This document shows, one piece after another, positions 57,019 to 64,000 of a stretch of 64,000 bases of DNA. The position numbers and the translations under genes are program-made. Numbering within the stretch: the stretch's first letter is position 1; the number at the start of each line of letters is the position of its first letter. Source of the stretch: Eledone cirrhosa (taxonomy: Eukaryota); the NCBI GenBank assembly GCA_964016885.1, contig OZ024740.1, positions 281,542,001 through 281,606,000 of the forward strand. Direction: 5' to 3'. The notes below the pieces were generated by a model that saw only the letters and a list, made by a program, of their open reading frames with translations, was not told the origin of the DNA and searched no databases.

Positions 57019-58930
57019 TTATAGAGGATAAGTATCTGAAAGTGAGTTAAGTTTATATGAGCTGGAAAGCAAGTGTGATTTCATGTGTGGGCAACTGGTG
57101 AAAATTTTTGTTTTTGCATTTAGGCAGGTTTTTGGTGATTTAAGGTTCTGTGAAATCCAATATTTTTCACTTATGCAGAGTGCGCATCTTCTTGTTCCTC
57201 TTGTATATTCTTTAGATTGGTTCAAAATTGACCAATCTAATTTATATTGGATACCTTAGTCTTTCAAATCCCATATTCTGCTAGCCAGCGCTGTTGTAAA
57301 TCTTTTTTCAGGATGTCGGAAAGATGCGACATGTGAGTAATAACGCGTTTTGAATTTGTCTTGTATCATACCCACATATCGTTCTCTGGTAGCTGGTAGG
57401 TTGTTGCTGGTGGTTGTCACTTTAGCCGCATAAACAATGGCTTTGGTGTTGCATTTACCTTGTAATGGGCAATTACTTTTGACTCTACAGGAGCAATTTT
57501 GATGTTCTCTGGATATTTTCTTTTTGAGGATATAAGATTTAATAGTAAGAGTAGCTGATTTTGACACAGTTTCGATTGAAGATCTTATAGTATCTATGTG
57601 TTCTGGGAAAATGTTTATCTAAGAGCTCTAGGAATTTTTTACCTACATTAGTTTTAACTGCTAAAGAGTAGGGGGTGTGAAGCAGATTATTTTTCTTTTC
57701 CTATTATTATGTTTAAAGGAGTTAGTATTGTTGGGTATGTACTTAATCGGTTCGCTAAATCCGCTATTTTGAAGGGCTTTATTATAGTAGGGGGATGCCT
57801 TATTGAAAATAGCTTCTGAGGAAGAGAGGGTGGAGATCCTAAGGCTAATATTAGGGATAAGATTTTTAAAAACTATAGGAAGATGGCAAGAGCCTTTATT
57901 TATATATTTTAAATTACATTAGTTTTATGGTACGGTTTATAAGAAGCAGTAGGCAGATCTAGGTTTATATCTAGAAAATTAACATTAGAAAGGTTAGTGT
58001 CAATGGTAATTTTAAGATTAAAACTAGCGAAGGTTTTTATTAAGTCTTTCCTGAATCTATCTAAGTTATGGCCTATAGTGGTATGGGAAAGTATTAGACC
58101 ATCGTCGCGATAAAGCCCAAAGGTATGGTTAGGCAATTTCTCTTTAAGTGTCTGTAGCAGGAATAGGCCGACTAAATCACACACGTCAGCACTGTCAAAA
58201 GAACACATTTAGACATCGAATGGGTTCTCTGGGTTAGATTCTTTTTACCCAAGTGTCATTATTAGTAAATAGTAAAGTGTTTCTAGCATGCAAAATGACT
58301 TCTCTTCAATATCAGAAATATTGATAAACTTTCTAGCGAATTTTAAGGCGTTCGTTAAAAGAGGGTGAGTAATAGACGGGTAGAAGTCTACAATGTCAAA
58401 TTGGGTGAATCTAGAACTATTTTTCTCTTTAATATTATTAAATCAATGTACTACGGAAGAGCTATTTATCAATTGGAGTAATTCAGACTTACTTCTAATA
58501 TGTTTGTTTATATTATTTAATATTTTTTTGCTAGCAAGACCGATTTCAGTCTTAGCAGGGTTGATTAATCTGCAACTAGGACGATTAATAAAATCAGGTT
58601 TGTGATCTTTGAGGGTGATATAGGCATTACGTTTAGCAAGTGTTTCTGTTCTATTGTCTATTTTTAAAAAACTAGCTAATTCTTTAGCTTCCTTATTAAT
58701 AGTATTATAGGTGTTTATATTAGCTATTTGGTATTTAGAGGTGATGTTATCTGTTAAGAGTTGGTCATGTAAGTTATTATTAACTTCGTATAAGTTTTTA
58801 GTTTTGTCAGAGAAAATGAACTTATTTCTAGAAGATTTGAATATTGAAATATCGTTAGATAGTTTAGATTGAAAAGGGTTAGAGTACTTACGGAATTTAT
58901 TTTGGTTGATTAAATTAACTAAGTCTAGTT
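57019..58930 (-). mobile_element. PLE clade A (Naiad-like), decayed RT plus GIY-YIG
   Basis: AYITLKDHK, CRLINPAK, FDIVDFYPSI, GLYRDDGL, NFLDINLDL, CSCRVKSNCPLQGKC, CALCISEK. Confidence 0.92.
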
Positions 58931-58934
58931 CAAA

Positions 58935-59146
58935 AGAAAAGAATCCACAGTCACTGAAGAGGTCACAGAATGTGTGACGAAAGAACTTTGACAATATATG
59001 AACAATCGTCTGGTTGTGGAACCAACCAATCAACCGGAAATTTATAAATTCCTAAATTTATAAATCTAATTTATAATAAATTGAAGTGAAACCAACTGGT
59101 GCGTGTGTTTCTTATTGACAACATGACCCTCCCAAAGCATAACAAT
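58935..59146 (+). repeat. Solo pLTR copy of 54710-54912 including an identical hammerhead (58950-58992)
   Basis: Direct sequence match; ends at (TA)n. Confidence 0.88.
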
Positions 59147-59164
59147 ATATATATATATATATAT

Positions 59165-61870
59165 TTATACTTGGGGAGGGTAATATTGTTGTAATAATAT
59201 TGTTGTAATAATATTGCCAGAAATAATAACAGAACACACTCACTGTTTGGTTGGTTTTCGCTTCTGTATCTTTTATATCTCCACAGTTAATTCATGCGGT
59301 CCTCAATGTTTACCATTGACTGACCAACGGTAAAAAATACAGATATAATATAGATATAAACACATATATAGTCTAACAAAGCTCTTTCGTTGCACATCTG
59401 CAACATCGTCAGTGGTGCTGTTATGTTCCTCCTGTTGTATTGTATATCTACGCCATCTTTATTTTATCTGTTTGTTTATTTATTTATTTATTTTTGTCTT
59501 CTTCCCTGCGCATGCGTTTGCGTGTGTGTATAATGTTTGGTGTGTGTTCGCGTTTGGGTGACTGTCTTTTGATTATAGTATTCTTAGTTTACTAGTGTGT
59601 GCTTATATGTGTTTGTTGTTATTGTGCTTGTGTATATATTTATTTATTTATATTTCTCTTAAGTCAATATTGTTTGTTTGGGTGTTGTTATTCCATGTTT
59701 AGCTTTGGCCTTCTAAGCTCTATTTCACTTGCCTCTCTGATTTACCTATCTGCTGGGCCATTTCTTTTTTTTAGATACTATTTTAATTTCTACATTGTCT
59801 ATGTTACCGTCATCTTGTTGTCTGGTGTGTTCGTATAGTACTGAACCGTTTTTTCGTCCTTTTAGTTCCCCCTAGTGTTGGTCTATCCCTTCTCCTATCT
59901 ACGAGCTGTCTCGCCTATGTTGTTGTCATGTTTCTGGAAGTGCCCTCTGTATATCTTATGCTATAGACTACGTTTCTAGTTTTACAGTTTATCCGGGGGT
60001 TTACTTTACATATAATACATTTCCTATTAGTACGGTGGGTTTTCTTAAAAGGGTATGTTTTGCTGATCAGGGATTTCATGGTAGTTCCTGGCTTTTCTAC
60101 CACTTTAATCTTTAAGTGGGTCTTTCTCAGGGTTTTCTACACTGGTTTAGCTAATTTTCCTCCAGCGGTAGCGTCCATGAACATGGTACTCTGGTATCTC
60201 TGGTTGTCGTACCATGAGGTGGCTTTCCCTATCTTATGTTTAGTCCTATCTAAGCTATTCCATGATTTGCTCCTGTATAATGGGCAAATTCCTTTCATGC
60301 CCAGTGCTATGAGGGTCTTATATTTCTCCGTGGCTCCTACGTATACTCTGATTCTGTCTCTTTGGTTGTTGCCAGAGAACTGCATGCGGTTGATGAAGTG
60401 TTGGATGTGTCTTTCGATTTCTGTTGGGTCGCACATGCGGGACACATTCTTCCTCACTCGTACCAAGTCTGCGATCAGAATATTAAACTTAACACTACTG
60501 GACATTGCTGAGTTTTGTGTATCAGGTATTTGGAGGCCATGGGTTTAGTGTAGTGTGAGTGGAGAATTTGGGCCCTCTCGTCTATAGTGCTAATCCAGAT
60601 TTCCGCGTCTAATACAGGTAGTCTACTGTTAGGGTGTTTGGAAGGGAAGTCGATAGTTACAGTTATACGCTGGTGTATGGAGTTAGCTATCTGCTGGATG
60701 CTTTCCATTGGGCTACATTCTAAATCATACTTGTTATTACTCTCTTTTTGGGGTGTCCTTATTACTATATTAATATCGTCTACGTAACGAGAGTATATGA
60801 TGAGGTCTCTGGAGCTCTCATCAAGGAGATATTTGAGTCTTCTTTCCCACCATACCATAAAAAGGTTGCCACGTCACCAGCTATATTGACGCCAATGGCT
60901 GCTCCCTCATTTTGGGTGTTGAATTTGAATATGTGGCCCTTTAGGGTAGTTTTAATACTAGCCCCTATTGCATGCGCGACCATTTTTCTTACCTGATCAT
61001 TGTTTTGGGGGTCCGTATGGCTTTGGTCCACCCAATCCACCTTTCCATGGGAGTCTTCTTTGCCATTGAGGTTATGGTGGGGGGTCTACATCTTATGGGT
61101 CTACTGAGGCAGAAACGGCTAAGGTCATGGCTGTCTAGGTAGTCGGTGTCATAGGTAAGTCTAAATAGGAGGCCCAGCTCGTCTGTCTCGACGTCGCAGA
61201 ACTCCACCTCACTCTCAATGATCATCTCCACACATTTTTCTACAGCAAAATCAATGTTAATGGATGGGTATAGTGATACCACGTCCGTACTGCCTATTAT
61301 GTAGTTAGATAGGTTTTTCCTTTTGTTGCATTCATTGATTCTGCTGAGGAGGTCCTCTGTACTGTCACATACATCTGGGGACATCTTGAATATGGGGCGT
61401 ATATCCATTGAGAGGAAGTAGTAGATCATGTAGTTGCTACCGATATTGGCTCCGCATACAGGTCTTGTTGGTGGTCCTGTTGTCGAGTCGTCGACTGTTT
61501 TATGGTCTTTGCGGAACCCATACAAGGGTGGGATGTCATTGTTAGACGCCTCGAAGTTGTTGGCAGTGCGTCTGCTTGGCTTTAGGATGTCGGTCCACAT
61601 CATCATGTGAGCGTTGAGGATCTCTCTCCCCTCATGTGTTTGTTGTGTAATTTGGCTCGTGTTGGTGATGTGGGGTTGCATAGCCTTGATGTAGTTCGGC
61701 ATGCTGTCTATTGACATCCCACCAGACTTATCTGTGGGTAGACATGCTACCTCACCATCCCTTGTGCGCTGCTTGAGGCTAACTAAGCCTTCTATAGGTT
61801 TCCTTCCAAGCTGTTGGACCTCTGGTCTGCTTTGTCTCTTAGTATATCGGTCTATGGTGAACTGTGCCTA
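59165..61870 (-). mobile_element. PLE clade B, decayed, with pLTR hammerhead at 59377-59414
   Basis: PPLYGFRKDHK, GSTDVVSLYPSI, YSRYVDD, LPVLD, NCKTRNVVY; CTGACGA-T-GTTGCA..TGCAAC-GAAA. Confidence 0.92.
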
Positions 61871-62430
61871 TGTCAAAACAAATTCATCGCCGTCATGGTA
61901 TTAGCTTGTGCCAAGCTGAACGATTATTGAAATACACTGTTTTCTGTTATATAAAAACTACAATAACAACAGAACAAATTCGCTTCATAAAACACTGTGA
62001 TTCCTTCAAAATATACACGACAAACATATCAAAACAAGTAAATAATTTATTATTAAACAAAACACAAGCTGAACGACTAAAACACACATTAACAGTCAAT
62101 ATGAAAAGAATAAAAAGAATAAGATATACAAAAGTTAACGAACTTTACAAACAGAAACGCGTTAACGTTAAGAAAGTTCAAAATCTCACCACACCAAACA
62201 TCATTCGACGTGAAACAAAATATGCTCAAAACGAATGCAATATACATTTCAATAAGAAATTAGGATAGATGAAGAATGAAAAACAAGAAGAAAGGAAAAT
62301 AGAAAATTTACAAAAATACCTGCTTGAGGCTAACTAAGCCTTCTACAAATAAGCCTCAATGTTATAGCCATGTCAGTAGAATGAACACTTCATTCTTGCT
62401 CTTTTGTTGGCATGCGAACAGAACTGCAGA

Positions 62431-62466
62431 CACTAACGTTTCTGGGTATCACCCTTCATCAGTACA
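62431..62466 (-). ncRNA. Degenerate hammerhead motif
   Basis: CTGATGA-AGGGT-GAT-ACCCA-GAAA-CG-TT; stem I is not intact. Confidence 0.45.
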
Positions 62467-62729
62467 GCTCACTGTTCACCTGCCAAACTCTCAGAGCTAG
62501 TGAAAATATATGCTATTTTCAAAAATACACAGTGACAGATCGGCCTGATTTGCATATTAGCAGATTCACTGATCAGCCAGATTTGCATATCAGCAGACTG
62601 GCCAGGCAGTTTCCTGTGTACGAGTGATAATTGGCCGGTTTTGCCAAATTTAAATAAAAAAGATAATTTCGCTCTACATGGCTGAATACAATAAATGTAA
62701 TCTGAGTTTTTATATATGTATATCTATTC

Positions 62730-62760
<31 letters not shown>

Positions 62761-62772
62761 TATATATATATA

Positions 62773-62892
<120 letters not shown>

Positions 62893-62893
62893 C

Positions 62894-62938
<45 letters not shown>

Positions 62939-63427
62939 GTGGTGAGAGAGAAAGATATGTACGCATCCGCGTGCACATATCAGACACACACGCACACATA
63001 CCAACACACAAACATATTCATATACACACATACATTCATACACACACACACATTTACACAGACACACACATACACTCACATACAGCGTAGCAAATGGAAC
63101 GCCAGCAGCTTTTTTTTTTTCTATAGTTTTTTCAGCATCTCCTTCCTTCCTTTTACACACACACACACACGACGTCGCTCAAATTTATATATATAGATGA
63201 ACACTGCCATTTCAAATTATACATCTATATATATATATTTCATACTCATTTCTCTTCAAGAAGAGACTACAAAATCACAGGATTTTAATCATAAATTCAT
63301 TCTGGTTTGTTCATTCGAATATTCTTTATGAAAAAGATAAAATACAAACTGCTGCCCTTTCTGACATTTTCTTTGATAGTCAGATTGTAATACATTTGTG
63401 TGTGTTTGGATTTCTAGGTAGTTAATA

Positions 63428-63615
63428 TAATTGTTTCTACTTTTGGCACAAGACCAACAATTACTCAGTACATTATTTTATCGACAGTACTTTATTTTAT
63501 CGACACCGCAAGGATGAAAGGTAAAGTTAACCTCGGCGGGATTTGAACTCAGATCGTAAAGAGACGTAACTATGCTGGAAAGCATGGCGTCCGACTCTCT
63601 ACCTATACTGCCAGC
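63428..63615 (-). mobile_element. tRNA-derived SINE family A
   Basis: Full copy with a small internal duplication. Confidence 0.88.
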
Positions 63616-64000
63616 TAGGTAATTAATATAATGTTAACCACTTATTGGTTTCTTTCCCTTGAGACATAATTTTATCCAGTTGGATATAAAAGTGTGTTTT
63701 GCAGTACCATCATCCGTTGCCAGCTGTTTTATATCTACTCCAAAATGACTGATAGTCATATATTGCTGTTCATATAGGGCTTTTTATAATCGTCAAGTTA
63801 CCTGGTGAGAGATACACTAAACAATATATACTTTCTATCATTTCGATTTCTCTATTAATCCATAACAACGTTAATGATGGAAGCTTCATTCGTTGAAAAT
63901 GTAAAGCATAATGAACAGCACATGATGTAAATATCATCTATCCTGCAGGCCATTGTATAAATATTCTATTCATCGTCATATATCTATGTTTTCACAGCGA

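Overview
AT-rich, microsatellite-dense eukaryotic (animal) DNA. The SINE and LINE tails resemble those of octopus genomes; this is an inference from recognition, not a search. I found no convincing intact host gene, and most ORFs in the track are (TA)n/(CA)n translation artefacts. The window is a retroelement graveyard with one apparently intact two-ORF CR1/L2-like LINE (31604-36140, minus strand). Its ORF1 combines a Myb/SANT-like domain, polyQ and two CCCH fingers. Its ORF2 lacks a usable AUG and overlaps ORF1 in the -1 frame behind two canonical slippery heptamers. Also present: at least eight Penelope-like (PLE) remnants of two or more clades, decayed R4/Dong-like and L1/Tx1-like LINEs, two mariners plus a MITE, a Chapaev-type transposon with intact ends and a TTA duplication, Helitron pieces and two tRNA-derived SINE families. 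The most striking unexplained structure is about 20 minimal type I hammerhead-ribozyme motifs from many unrelated families. Many lie in short non-coding head-to-head palindromes or inverted repeats embedded in (TA)n tracts, and the fold-back points often fall at or near the ribozyme. Coordinates were read by eye and may be off by a few bases.
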